Part shown: positions 30,426-41,005 of the stretch, in pieces | How the letters are laid out: each line of letters starts with the position of its first letter | Position numbering within the stretch: the first letter of the stretch is position 1 | DNA from: an uncultured delta proteobacterium | GTDB lineage: Bacteria; Desulfobacterota; Desulfobacteria; Desulfobacterales; JAFDCJ01 | Direction of reading: 5' to 3' | Assembly (NCBI GenBank): GCA_963769935.1 | Contig: CAVYNY010000016.1 | Coordinates: 32,001 to 96,000 of the forward strand | DNA: 64,000 nucleotides | Program-made: the position numbers and the translations under genes | Notes under the pieces: generated by a model | The model's database searches: none | What the model was told of the DNA's origin: nothing | What the model saw: only the letters and a program-made list of their open reading frames with translations

Positions 30426-32132
30426 CTATACCATCACCGCCGATGCCGCCTCTTCCAGGGATGTTATCCCCAGAATCACTTTTTCGGCCGCATTGTCTTT
30501 CAGGGTTGCAAACTCTCTGACTTCTTTGACCTCACGGGTAATCTCATGCGCGGAGACCCGTTTGAGGATCAGATCCTGCACGAGATCGTCAATGACCAGC
30601 ACTTCATAGATCCCGGTCCGGCCTTTGTATCCGGTATGCATACAACTGAAGCATCCCTTGCCCTGCTGAAAATTGGCATTTTCCACGGTATCCAATCCCC
30701 AGAATTTCAGCGCTTCCGTTGGCGGCTGGTAGCTGGTTTTGCAACTCGGACAAACGGTGCGGACCAGCCGCTGGGCAAAGGATACGATCATCACCGAAGC
30801 CACCAGGAAGGGTTCGATCCCCATGTCCATAAAACGTGTGATCGCTCCGGGAGAGTCATTGGTGTGCAGGGTGCTCAGCACCCGGTGTCCGGTCAAGGCG
30901 GCCTGAACTGCAATGTTGGCTGTTTCCGAATCACGTATTTCTCCAACCATGATCACATCCGGATCCTGGCGCAAAATCGAGCGCAGCCCGCTGGCGAAAG
31001 TCATGCCGGCCTTGCGGTTGAGCTGAACCTGGCGAATTTTATCAATCCGATATTCCACCGGGTCCTCCACCGTTATGATGTTGATGTCCGGCTGGTTGAT
31101 TTTCTTCAATATGGAATACAGGCTGGTACTCTTGCCGCTGCCGGTGGGGCCGGTGCTGAGAATCATGCCATAGGGCCTGGCGATCATCGACTCAAGTTTC
31201 AGGCGGTCTTTTTCATTCATACCCAGCCGTTCCAGCGAATAGATGCTGTTGCTGGTATCCAGCAGGCGCAGCACCATGTTTTCACCGTAGATGGAAGGAA
31301 TCGTGGAGGCCCGGATATTAATATCCTTGTTTTTCATTTTAACAGTGAAGCGCCCATCCTGTGGGATTCTGGACACGGCGATATCCATATTGGCCAGTAT
31401 TTTAAGCCGGGAGATAATCGGCAAAAACATTGATTTTGGCGGAGCCGGTACTTCGTGAAGTCGACCGTCCACCCGAAAGCGAACCTGCACCGATTCTTTT
31501 TCAGGGCTGACATGGATATCGCTGGCGCCTTCCCGAACACCCTGCGATAAAATGGAATTGACCAGCCGGACAACCGGTGCTTCTTCGGCCATGCCTTGCA
31601 AGGAACTGACTTCTACATCTTCGGTGGTTGAAGTTTTCTCCTCGGCGGTTTTATCGATTTCCATCTCTTCCATGTCTTCCAGCACACCGCCGATCCCCGC
31701 ATAGCTGCCGTAGAGGCTGTTGAGCAATTGATTCAATTGCTGCTCGGTGCAGATGATGGCTTCGACTTCGCAATTGGTATACACCTCAATGGCATCCAGT
31801 GCATTGATATCCAAAGGGTCCATCATGGCGATTGTCAGCAGAAGTCCGCTTTTATGGAGCGGCGCTGCCTGATATTTGTGGGCAATGTCTGCCGGAAGCA
31901 GGTTGGCAAGATCCACATCGATGGTGTATTTATCCGGCCGGTATTTCTCCAGCCGCAGCTGATTCGAGACCAGATCGACGATCTGACTTTCACTGACAAT
32001 TCCTTCGCGAACCAAAAACTGGCCGAGTTTCAAATTGCTCTTCTTTTGAAAGGGCAGCGCCTCTTCCAACTGCTTTTGCGTCAGCAGGCCGCCCTCTACT
32101 AATATTTCACCTAATTTCTTTCTCGCTCTCAA
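30426..32132 (-). CDS. pilB: Pilus assembly ATPase (PilB/MshE) with MshEN-type N terminus
   Basis: KLGEILVEGGLL..QLEEAL..Q and KLGQFLVREGIV repeats; GPTGSGKST, LRQDPD, TGH, four-Cys motif. Confidence 0.93.
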   Translation of the reverse strand: MRARKKLGEILVEGGLLTQKQLEEALPFQKKSNLKLGQFLVREGIVSESQIVDLVSNQLRLEKYRPDKYTIDVDLANLLPADIAHKYQAAPLHKSGLLLTIAMMDPLDINALDAIEVYTNCEVEAIICTEQQLNQLLNSLYGSYAGIGGVLEDMEEMEIDKTAEEKTSTTEDVEVSSLQGMAEEAPVVRLVNSILSQGVREGASDIHVSPEKESVQVRFRVDGRLHEVPAPPKSMFLPIISRLKILANMDIAVSRIPQDGRFTVKMKNKDINIRASTIPSIYGENMVLRLLDTSNSIYSLERLGMNEKDRLKLESMIARPYGMILSTGPTGSGKSTSLYSILKKINQPDINIITVEDPVEYRIDKIRQVQLNRKAGMTFASGLRSILRQDPDVIMVGEIRDSETANIAVQAALTGHRVLSTLHTNDSPGAITRFMDMGIEPFLVASVMIVSFAQRLVRTVCPSCKTSYQPPTEALKFWGLDTVENANFQQGKGCFSCMHTGYKGRTGIYEVLVIDDLVQDLILKRVSAHEITREVKEVREFATLKDNAAEKVILGITSLEEAASAVMV

Positions 32133-32157
32133 TTTTTATCTCTTATTCCATAGCGTT

Positions 32158-33969
32158 TTAGTTTTTCAGGTTCAAATAAGGATTGGCAAAATAAACAGTC
32201 CCCTTATCCCACCATGACATTATCGCTGGACTGGATGCCATGCCGGCGGGGATTTTTTGCAGCTCATTGCGCGCGGTCTGTTCATCCTTGAAGGCCTTGT
32301 TTAAGATTAACGCAAACCGGGTGCCGTCCGAAGGACTCCAGTACGGTATCAAACGAACGGCCGGCGAGCTGTCGGAAAGATTGCGCAGGAGGCTATAGGC
32401 AGCTTCCAGTGAATCTTTTTCGTCAACTTTGACCCACCAGACGGGGGTTTCCGGTGGCTTGACCCTGACAGGGATGGCTGGCAGGGATATAATCTGGCCG
32501 ACTTCAACATGGTCGGGATCTTCAATAGCGGGATTGGCCATGATGAATGATTTGAAATACCGAGAACTATACCCGCCATAGACGCACTGGATTATCCGCG
32601 ACAGGGTCTCATTGCGCTGGAGGGCCAGTTGTCCCAGTATCGCCGCATAGGAGGGCTGGGAAACTGCTACGGCACGAGCCTCGGAAAACGTTTTACCCGC
32701 AGGTGCCGACTCATGTGCCGGGTCCTCCATCTGTCTAGGCTTCCCCGTCTCAGGCAACTGCGCCACCGTTAACGGGTCTTGGCCGGTTGCCGGATCGCTG
32801 TTATTTTCCACCGGCGTGATATTTTTCACACTTTGTCCATTGAATGAATCGGCTGCCTGAGCCGGCTCTTTTTGCTCAAGTACGGGCTCAGGGTCCGGTT
32901 CGCTGCGGTTCAGGTCGGGAAAATCCGAAGCAATGATGTGGGCGCTGTAAGTCTGGGGCTTTGGTTCAGGAACCCGCCTACTGATTTCCGGATTGCGTTT
33001 TGGGGAGAATATGCTTATCAAGCTCTGAATACCGCGAGATTGCAGAGCTCGGTATCGATCCGACGGCTGTAAGATTAACAGGGTCAATGCAATCACCCCG
33101 GCCACGGCGGCCGCTGTTCGGATGCGCCTTTTTTTTTGGGCTTCTTCCGGGAACACCCTGCGGGCACAGGTGCTGACCAGGAAATATCCGACTTTGGACC
33201 GATTTTGAATGATCATCGACAAAATGCTCTGGTGACAGAGGTTGATGATTTTTCGAGGATATCCGCCGGTAAGGCGATATATGACCCACAACGCCTGATA
33301 GGTGAACAGATGCAGTTTTTGGGCAGAATTGCTGGATTTTTCCAGCCGATATTTTATCATCAGCCGCGTATCGCGGAAATTCAATGGTCTTAACTGGTGG
33401 TACAAATTGATGCGGTCGGCAAAATTGGGATATTTGCGGATGGTGCTCTCAAACTCTTTCTGGGCAAAAATGACAATTTGCAATAATTTAAATTCATTAG
33501 TCTCATAATTTAGAAATTCACGCAAAATTTCCAGGCAAAACGCCGGTATTTTTTGCCCTTCATCAATAATGAGCACGATGGTTTTGTTCTCATCCACGCC
33601 TTTGCTGAATAGATGCTGCTTAATCTGTTCCTTTGCCTGCCAGTCATGGCTTCCCGCCGGCGGTTTTTTACCGGTAAACAATTCGGTTACAGTGGCCAGG
33701 AATTCGGTAGCGTTGAGAAAATACGGATCCAGAATAAGATGGGTCTCAACCTCATCCTTCTGGGAAAAGCGGCGGATGAGCTGACGACACATGGTGGTTT
33801 TACCGGTTCCGACATCCCCGATGATCACGTTCAGTCCCCGACGAAGCAGCAAAGACAGCTCTAATTTTTGCAGGCAGTCCAGATGCTGGCGGGAATGAAA
33901 AAAAAATTCGGGATCCGGCGAATTGGAAAACGGCTCCCTGCTTAAATTAAGTATGCTGAAATAATCCAT
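32158..33969 (-). CDS. ExeA/MshM-family AAA ATPase with TM and LysM-like domain
   Basis: EPFSNSPDP.FFF, GDVGTGKT, IIDEGQ, GGYPR.IN; later ETLSRI...ANPAIEDPDHVEVGQII. Confidence 0.88.
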   Translation of the reverse strand: MDYFSILNLSREPFSNSPDPEFFFHSRQHLDCLQKLELSLLLRRGLNVIIGDVGTGKTTMCRQLIRRFSQKDEVETHLILDPYFLNATEFLATVTELFTGKKPPAGSHDWQAKEQIKQHLFSKGVDENKTIVLIIDEGQKIPAFCLEILREFLNYETNEFKLLQIVIFAQKEFESTIRKYPNFADRINLYHQLRPLNFRDTRLMIKYRLEKSSNSAQKLHLFTYQALWVIYRLTGGYPRKIINLCHQSILSMIIQNRSKVGYFLVSTCARRVFPEEAQKKRRIRTAAAVAGVIALTLLILQPSDRYRALQSRGIQSLISIFSPKRNPEISRRVPEPKPQTYSAHIIASDFPDLNRSEPDPEPVLEQKEPAQAADSFNGQSVKNITPVENNSDPATGQDPLTVAQLPETGKPRQMEDPAHESAPAGKTFSEARAVAVSQPSYAAILGQLALQRNETLSRIIQCVYGGYSSRYFKSFIMANPAIEDPDHVEVGQIISLPAIPVRVKPPETPVWWVKVDEKDSLEAAYSLLRNLSDSSPAVRLIPYWSPSDGTRFALILNKAFKDEQTARNELQKIPAGMASSPAIMSWWDKGTVYFANPYLNLKN

Positions 33970-34069
33970 TGATTTGGCCGACTATGAATATTCAATTATA
34001 GGAAGATAGCTAATATTGCCCGATATTTCGCGGAAACCCATAATGAAAAAAAATCAAACCTGCTAAATC

Positions 34070-35598
34070 CTAGCCGCCGGAACCTTTCGGCTTCAGGATA
34101 TGCGGCGTGATAAAAATGAGCAGTTCCTCCATTTGATCGGAGCTGCTTTTACGTTTAAACAGATACCCCAGACCCGGGACATCCTCCAGAAATGGTGTTC
34201 CCGTGTCATTGCGGCTCGACGTATCAATGCTCAAACCGCCGATGACGATGGTCTGTCCGTTATTCTGGAGGACGTTGGTCTCGGCATTTTTGGTGATAAT
34301 GGTCGGGTTGCCAAGGACGGTTCTGGAAAAATCCGGCTGGTCCTTTTTTACCTTTATGACCATTTTAAGGGTCTCGCTGTCAATTACATGCGGTGTTACA
34401 TCCAATCTGAGCACCGCTTTCTTATACTCGACCTTTACCTCGCCGTCTTCTACCGACTGATAGGGAACATCCTGACCACTCTCGATAAAAGCATTCTGGT
34501 TGTCCAGGGTGGTGATCGAAGGACTCGACAGGATGTGGAGTTTGCCCTGATCCTGCAAAGCCGAAAGCTGGGCCGATAGAATGTATTCCCCTACCTTGGC
34601 GTAGATCAGCCCCAGGGTCGTGGGATCAAACCCGCTCAGCGACGAGGCCGGCAGGTTAACCACCGATCCTGAAGTCACATCTATCGGCCCGTCGAGTGGG
34701 ATGGTCTGCGTTCCGGTTTGCTGCCCGGTAAAAATCGCCTGCTTATCGCCGCTTTTCCCGGCATAAATGCCGCCCCACTGGATACCCAGCTCACGGGCAA
34801 CATCCTTGTTGGCCTCAACAATGTAGCGCTTCGATCAGCACCTGGGGGGTGGGACGGTCCAGCCTTTCAATTACCGCCAGGATGTTGTCCATATCACTTT
34901 TAATTGCCTGAATAATCAATGCGTTGGAGTGCTCATCCACCAGGATGGATCCGATCGGTTTGCCGCTCTTGTCAACCGCGACAAATTTATTCAAGATTGT
35001 CTTTGAGTTTGGTGGGCTCCATGTATTTAACTGCCACAATCCGGGTCAACGGCGACTGGGAAAGGCTCAATTCTCTGCTGCGGGCCTTGCTTCGAATATC
35101 GGCATCCAGATCCTCGGAAGTCATAATGCGGATAATGTCGCCTTCCCAGGCGTAGGTCAGCCCATGGGTCTTCAAAATACCTAAAAACACCTGATCCCAG
35201 GGCGCCTGGTTAATATTGATATCGACTTTTCCGGTAACTTTCTCGTTGAGAATGATATTCTGATCAGCAGCCTTGGCAAGCGCGCGCAACAGCACGGACA
35301 CATCAATACTGTTCATCTTCAGGCTTATTTTGCGCGTGGGAAGCGGTTTTTCGACTTCAGGTTTAACCTTTTCCACCATCTCTTTGGGGCCTATCTCAAA
35401 GGGCGCTTCATTAGCCGGAGGAGGTTTGACCGCAGAATGCCCCTTTGATTCTTCTGCCTTAACCCGCCACTGCTCAAAAAACGGGTCTTGGACATCTTTT
35501 AGTTCATGATTCTGAGAACAGCCGTTGATCCAGGCCGCCGTCATGCAAAGACACAGCATTCCCGTAAAAAATGTAAATACACGCATAAATATAGCCAT
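34070..35598 (-). CDS. pilQ: Secretin (PilQ/MshL position), split by two +1 frameshifts (34989, 34826)
   Basis: Lipoprotein-like N terminus (NGC), PWDQ, VDEHSNALI, PQVLIEA-YIVE..ELGIQW, LDVTPH, ELLIFITP.IL across three frames. Confidence 0.88.
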
Positions 35599-35610
35599 CG
35601 GTTATCAATC

Positions 35611-36105
35611 CTATTCGATTTCTTCCATTGGAAGGATCAAAGTTTTATTCTTATTATCGGGTGCAGCGACCACGACATGAGAAGGACTAATACTCTGCAC
35701 AACCAGTCCGGCCCGCTCCAATATGTCACCGACCTCATATTCCATCCCATTGATGATTGCCAGCCGTTTATTTCCCATTTCCAGAAATCCGGTGTATAAC
35801 ATCTTGCTGTTCAATGCCAGCGGTTGCCTTTGCGCTTCTTCATCCCGGGCCAATTTGGGTCGGATCTGAATAAAGGGGTCCTGTTTCCATTCAGCCTGGG
35901 CTTTCTGCAATATATAGGTCTGCTCTTTTGACAGGCCGGTCTTAGTTTGATCGGCAACTTTGGTAACAAACGAGTTGAGTGTTTCCAGTTCCTTATGGCC
36001 ACTTGAAACTGACACCGCGCGCGGTGCAGAAAAAAACACGGTGTATACACCATAAACTACGGCCAAGACCATAAGGCCAACAATTACTTTTTCTCTGTTA
36101 GTCAT
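35611..36105 (-). CDS. GspB/MshK-like (PilP-position) pilus protein
   Basis: N-terminal TM, DPF, LAIING..YEVGD, I.P..VV; lies between PilO and secretin. Confidence 0.65.
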   Translation of the reverse strand: MTNREKVIVGLMVLAVVYGVYTVFFSAPRAVSVSSGHKELETLNSFVTKVADQTKTGLSKEQTYILQKAQAEWKQDPFIQIRPKLARDEEAQRQPLALNSKMLYTGFLEMGNKRLAIINGMEYEVGDILERAGLVVQSISPSHVVVAAPDNKNKTLILPMEEIE

Positions 36106-36230
36106 GATTCGAGTTGTGAGCAGCTCTTTCCGGTTTGCAGGTTACGAGTTACGTGATGCGCGTTGCGAGTCTCGGGCCAAAGTTCAGCCTTTTGGTTCCT
36201 ATCATCTGTCCTCTGTCTTCTGTCATCCAT

Positions 36231-36764
36231 TCATTTCTGCGCCATCTGGATTCTCAAATTATATTCCCTGGTCCCCTCAATGGCGCGGATTTTGATTTCT
36301 TCGATTTGCTCCAGCGCAGAGATAGCCGATAGATCCAACAAAAAATCACGAAACTGCATAAAATTGCCCGTGAGGCTGATTCGCATCAGCATATTCTCGG
36401 AGTTTTTCATCAGCGCGGCGACATCGGTGCTGATATCCTTCATCTCAAGGTTGTGACGTTTCGCTATTTCCCGCAGGAGATCCGTAATCCCAGTGATACC
36501 GCCGCCTGCCGGTTTGAACTTTGGAGCCGCCGGCAGCTCGGTCGGCTGTTCTTGCTTGGCTCGCTTTAAAAGGCTTTCGAAAACCGGCCGCAATATCCGC
36601 TGTTCTTCTATCCGATCATTTACTTTTTGAATGTCTCGATCCAATTCGGCAGAAGTTTTCTGGCCGGGGATGATTATCATAAAAATAAATGCAATGAGTC
36701 CAGCACCGCATATAACGCTGTAAATAATACTCTGGGTCGGCAGGATTGATAGAATCTTTTTCAT
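36231..36764 (-). CDS. PilO/MshJ-like alignment protein
   Basis: Single TM, coiled coil, LTGNF..FRDFL motif. Confidence 0.75.
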   Translation of the reverse strand: MKKILSILPTQSIIYSVICGAGLIAFIFMIIIPGQKTSAELDRDIQKVNDRIEEQRILRPVFESLLKRAKQEQPTELPAAPKFKPAGGGITGITDLLREIAKRHNLEMKDISTDVAALMKNSENMLMRISLTGNFMQFRDFLLDLSAISALEQIEEIKIRAIEGTREYNLRIQMAQK

Positions 36765-36775
36765 AAGAATACAGG

Positions 36776-38656
36776 TTATAATAGTTTCAATCGAGCGGTG
36801 AAATTCAGCACCTCCTGATCTTCGTAGCGCTCGAAGGATTTTTTACTTATCGTTGGTTTATCGAACATCGGAGAATTATTTAGCGCCATCAGATAGCTGG
36901 CCAGGGTCGATTCCAGGTTGAGCCGGTCTCCCCTGACGATGCCGCTTAAAACCAGATCCCGATTTTTCTCAGCCTTCTTCCCTTCCGGACCGTTATCCAG
37001 TTGGGCCGCTATGTCGAGCAAGCGCACATTTGCAGGCGTTAGATCCGAAATTTCACTGATAACGGCCACCCCGATGTATTTCTTGCCAATTACCAGGACC
37101 TCCTTATTTTTGGCACGGATTTCATCAACGAGTTTCAATATGAGGCCTTGGTCAACCCGCAGGGTAATAGTTTCAAGCTGATGCTGTAATTGCGCTTGCT
37201 GATATTCTTTCTCCTTAACGGTGCCGGCCTGGAAGTATGACACCCCAACGCAGATTGACATCAACAGGAGAAAGCCGGCAAAAACAGCTCGGTTGATCCT
37301 CTGGCTCCTAACCGCCTTTTGCTTGTCTTTGTAGGTATATAAAAAATTAGGGGTCAGCGTATTGCCGGCGAGAGCCATGCCCATCGCCGGTACATACGAG
37401 CTTTGCTCAGAGACGACTTCAGGGCTAGGCGTCAGGGAAATAAAATTTTCACTGTCCGCAAAAGGATTTAATATTTCCGTAGGAATGCCAAGTTCTTCAC
37501 CGATATAGTCAATGATTCGCTGATGGGGATTTACCCCGCTGGATATATAAATTTTCCCTACCCGGGCATTTTCATAGTTCAACGAAAAATGTCTCAGAGT
37601 TCTTTCCACCTGCCGCACCAGTCGCTCCAGGGCAGGCAAAATCATCTTAAATATTTTATCTTCCTTAAGCAGGCGCTGCCTTTCGTCCATGGCTGATGGT
37701 GAGCTATCATGGATGACACCGAAAAAAAGCTGGTGGGCATGATCCAGTTCAAATTTCAGTTTCTTTTTAATGGCCCGGATTCTTGCGGTATCTTTGGTAG
37801 GCGACTTGGCGATGGAAAGCTCAAACAAATTGCCTTCGATTTCGGTGCGCAGCGCCTCAATCATGGTTTTGACGCCGGCTTTGATGCCGCGGGAAAGCAT
37901 GAGATTTCCTTCAGAAAAAATATCGATACGCGACCAGTCCCGGCCGATGTATAAACTTGACACATGGATTTCGTCAGTAGCGATCCGTCCCGATCTCAGA
38001 AGGGTTTGAAAGGCAAAAGGTACGATTGATATACCCGTGAGGGGAAAACCGGCTTTGTTAAAAAGATCTCTGAGGTCTCTTATCTGCTCCTGAGGGGCAG
38101 TGTAGGCCATGATGTCGATTTTTGTTTTATTGCCGTCCTCGACTTCACCCAGCAATTCAAAGTCAAACAGATTGTCTTTCTCACTAAAAGAAGATAATTT
38201 TTGATACGACCAGTATGCAGAATTGGGGATTTGTTTTTGACTGACCTTTGGTATACGAAGCTGACGTGTTTCCACTTTGGCTGAAGAAATGGTGCACCAG
38301 ATTTCAACGTTCTTTGAATTAGCGCAAAAGTTTGCCAGGACCGGTCTTAAAAATTGGTGAAACTGGGGACTTTCCCGGGGGATATCAGAGTCAAACGGAA
38401 TCCGAGCGTATTCAAGCATTTCGAATTTTTGATCTGAAATCCGGTGAATTTTAACCATTTTTAAATCATCGTGCCCCAGGTCCACCCCGACCGAAATCGT
38501 CTTTCGAAAGGATACCGGATTATAGATAATACCTTTAAGTCGATGGCCAATAGATTTTTGTGACCTTCGGTCGGCGACCGTGTGCTCGGCTTGGCCGTCG
38601 TCACGTATCAGATCAAGAAGCCTTTGGGTTGATGATATCTCATCACGTTTTGCCAA
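36776..38656 (-). CDS. Fused PilM-PilN (MshI-like) protein
   Basis: VGVDLG actin-like start, KIYISSG, LNPF, GMAL, then NFL, TM and a PilN-like domain (L.P.NV.L, SPMF, F...L); GGAG RBS before TTG. Confidence 0.8.
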   Translation of the reverse strand: MAKRDEISSTQRLLDLIRDDGQAEHTVADRRSQKSIGHRLKGIIYNPVSFRKTISVGVDLGHDDLKMVKIHRISDQKFEMLEYARIPFDSDIPRESPQFHQFLRPVLANFCANSKNVEIWCTISSAKVETRQLRIPKVSQKQIPNSAYWSYQKLSSFSEKDNLFDFELLGEVEDGNKTKIDIMAYTAPQEQIRDLRDLFNKAGFPLTGISIVPFAFQTLLRSGRIATDEIHVSSLYIGRDWSRIDIFSEGNLMLSRGIKAGVKTMIEALRTEIEGNLFELSIAKSPTKDTARIRAIKKKLKFELDHAHQLFFGVIHDSSPSAMDERQRLLKEDKIFKMILPALERLVRQVERTLRHFSLNYENARVGKIYISSGVNPHQRIIDYIGEELGIPTEILNPFADSENFISLTPSPEVVSEQSSYVPAMGMALAGNTLTPNFLYTYKDKQKAVRSQRINRAVFAGFLLLMSICVGVSYFQAGTVKEKEYQQAQLQHQLETITLRVDQGLILKLVDEIRAKNKEVLVIGKKYIGVAVISEISDLTPANVRLLDIAAQLDNGPEGKKAEKNRDLVLSGIVRGDRLNLESTLASYLMALNNSPMFDKPTISKKSFERYEDQEVLNFTARLKLL

Positions 38657-39439
38657 AACTATTCTCCGTCTACCTCAGACTTTACAAAAAATGAAATCCA
38701 GCCGGGTCTATCAAGATTTTCGGTAAAAATAGATTTAAAAATTACCTGATTTTAAATGATATTTTTAATTATTTAATAAACTGCCTGAAATGTCAAGAAA
38801 TAACGCTTTTGATCATTGAATCATATTCAGTTGACAAATGAGACCGCATTTGGTATCAAGATTAATATAACATAATGATTTTTTTAATAATACAGTACAA
38901 AAAAAATCTTACCGCCATGATTGAGAAACAATCCGGGCAAGGGCGTAAGTGCCATTTTAAATGGAGCGCTTTGGTTTTCACGCGAACTTCTGGTCAAATG
39001 CCTATTTGAATCCAGAGGCAACAGCGATGAACCCGATTTAGTAAAATATGCCCGTTGGACAGCAAAATACCTCTACCCAGGGATCAAATTTAAATTAGGA
39101 CGTTTGACCGATTGATTTCTGCAATCAAATCAGATAAGAAGGTGTTGAAGTCGATAATATAAAGCGGTATTGAATTCTTTATTATTGTCAAATGAGATAA
39201 TAGTCGATAGGATTAAAGGGATTTGAGTGCCTTGGCCTTGTCTGCCTGTCGGAAGGGTGAATTTTAAAAACAGATCACTATTGTTTAGTTGTTAGAACCT
39301 TCAAAGGACGATAAAAGTGGCGGCAAAGCATTACTAAAAACCTCCCGAAAGGTATTGCGGACGGAAGCGGGCGGCATGGCAATCTGCTTTGATAGAAACT
39401 CAAAAATTTTGCCTTTTCCAAGAAAACAAATGATTTAAC

Positions 39440-40483
39440 ATGGAACCTACAATTATCGGCGTCAGCAAAAATATTCAGAGAATAAGAGAGCTGATCGAAC
39501 AGGTTGCCGATACCGGACTGAATACCGTTGTATATGGAGAAACCGGCGTCGGCAAGGAGTTGGTGGTCCAGAATCTTTATCAAAAATCCGATAGAGTCGG
39601 CAAACCTTTTGTCAAAGTCAACTGTGCAGCCCTGCCGGACACATTGCTGGAAAGTGAGATGTTCGGTTACGAACAAGGTGCCTTTACCGGAGCCGAGCGT
39701 CGCAAGCGAGGCAAATTCGAGCAGGCCAGCGGCGGCCTATTATTTCTGGATGAAATCGGGGATATGTCGCTTCCCTTGCAGTCAAAACTTTTACATGTGC
39801 TGCAAGGCGGCGATTTCAGTCCTCTGGGCTCTGAAAAATCCGTTAAAATGGGAGCCTGGGTAATTGCTGCCACCAACCATGAACTTGAAACAGACATGGT
39901 AAACGGTGACTTCAGAGAAGACCTGTATTATCGGTTGAGCACCATAAAGATTCATATCGAGCCTCTTCGCAGCCGTCCCGAAGACATCCCGCTTCTCATC
40001 GACCATTATGTCAAAACCTATACCGCTCAGTTTGACGGTAAACGGCTTTTGACTCCCAGCCCCAAAGCCATCGAGAAACTATCCGCCTACCATTGGCCCG
40101 GCAATGTGCGCGAGCTGCAAAATGTGTTAAAGCGTCTTATGATCCTGGGCAATGGTGAAGACAGCCTGGACGATATGCTCATCGGCCCTCCGGCCAAGCC
40201 CCGGGCAGCCGGTTTGCCGCCATCGGCCGATCAGCCGCCGTCCCCAATGGATTTTTTGGGTTTTGACATTAATAAACCGCCTGATCTTTCGTCATTATCT
40301 TTGAAAAAAATAAAGAAAAAGGCAATGGACCATGTCGAAAAGGAAGTCATTGCCTATGTCCTCGAAAAAACGGGGTGGAATCGCAGCAAGGCTACCAAGG
40401 TGTTGAACATCAGCTATAAAACCTTGCTGTACAAAATTAGAGATCTGGGAATAGAGCCACCGGAAGGTCCCGGGGGAGAATAG
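39440..40483 (+). CDS. sigma54 activator lacking an N-terminal regulatory domain
   Basis: Starts directly at IIGVS; GETGVGKE, GAFTGA, FREDLYYRL, WPGNVREL, HTH. Confidence 0.92.
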   Translation: MEPTIIGVSKNIQRIRELIEQVADTGLNTVVYGETGVGKELVVQNLYQKSDRVGKPFVKVNCAALPDTLLESEMFGYEQGAFTGAERRKRGKFEQASGGLLFLDEIGDMSLPLQSKLLHVLQGGDFSPLGSEKSVKMGAWVIAATNHELETDMVNGDFREDLYYRLSTIKIHIEPLRSRPEDIPLLIDHYVKTYTAQFDGKRLLTPSPKAIEKLSAYHWPGNVRELQNVLKRLMILGNGEDSLDDMLIGPPAKPRAAGLPPSADQPPSPMDFLGFDINKPPDLSSLSLKKIKKKAMDHVEKEVIAYVLEKTGWNRSKATKVLNISYKTLLYKIRDLGIEPPEGPGGE

Positions 40484-40613
40484 TTTATATCGAGAGATTG
40501 TTGAAAAAATGTAACAATGGTATTGGTATATTTTTTCACAATTATAAGAGATTTATTTCACATTTTGCCAAAATTTGTCATTCCCCTGATGGGGGGAGAG
40601 TCAGTGTCAAGCG

Positions 40614-40645
40614 AAGCAGGCAGAGAGTAATTGCCTGTTTTTTTT
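40614..40645 (+). terminator. Intrinsic terminator
   Basis: AAGCAGGCA-N9-TGCCTGTT plus T run. Confidence 0.6.
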
Positions 40646-40711
40646 CGATTTCACAATGAAGCAATCCAATAAATTTAAGTTGGCTGGGCCGGCAAAGTCA
40701 GTTTGTGATAA

Positions 40712-40727
40712 TGGCATGGAAAATGCT
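40712..40727 (+). promoter_or_regulatory. sigma54 promoter
   Basis: TGGCATGGAAAATGCT = GG-N10-GC; palindrome TGCCAAAATTTGTCA at 40566-40580 is a possible enhancer. Confidence 0.65.
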
Positions 40728-40816
40728 TTCTCATCCTGTTTACAAAGAATCGGGTAAGAGGCGGCCGGATCCGTTTCTATCGTGTTCTATCGTGATTTTT
40801 ACGTTCGGTCTTGACC

Positions 40817-41005
40817 ATGGAAAAGAATGAGAATGACATTTTGGAACGGCTGATTTCTTTGGATAATGGAGGCAGAAGATCTGGCGGGGATCGCCGCAAC
40901 TACTCTTATACCCTTCACATCCCGGAAAGAAGAAACGGCCAAGACCGCCGCAGTGGAACAGATCGTCGCCTAAATTCCCGGACCAAGGCCAACCTGCGAA
41001 GCTGA
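40817..41005 (+). CDS. Small arginine-rich (D/E)RR-repeat protein
   Basis: DNGGRRSGGDRRNYSY...PERRNGQDRRSGTDRR; follows a sigma54 promoter; RBS weak. Confidence 0.7.
   Translation: MEKNENDILERLISLDNGGRRSGGDRRNYSYTLHIPERRNGQDRRSGTDRRLNSRTKANLRS

Noticed and set aside
25333..34989. Programmed frameshifting or phase variation of cooC, activator and secretin
   Set aside because: Sites lack long homopolymers or slippery heptamers; uniform +1 insertions fit sequencing error better.
38921..39115. 64-aa ORF in the pilM-activator intergenic region
   Set aside because: TTG start, no RBS and no recognisable motif; cannot be supported.
39373..39387. sigma54 promoter before the headless activator
   Set aside because: GG-to-GC spacing is 11 rather than the required 10.
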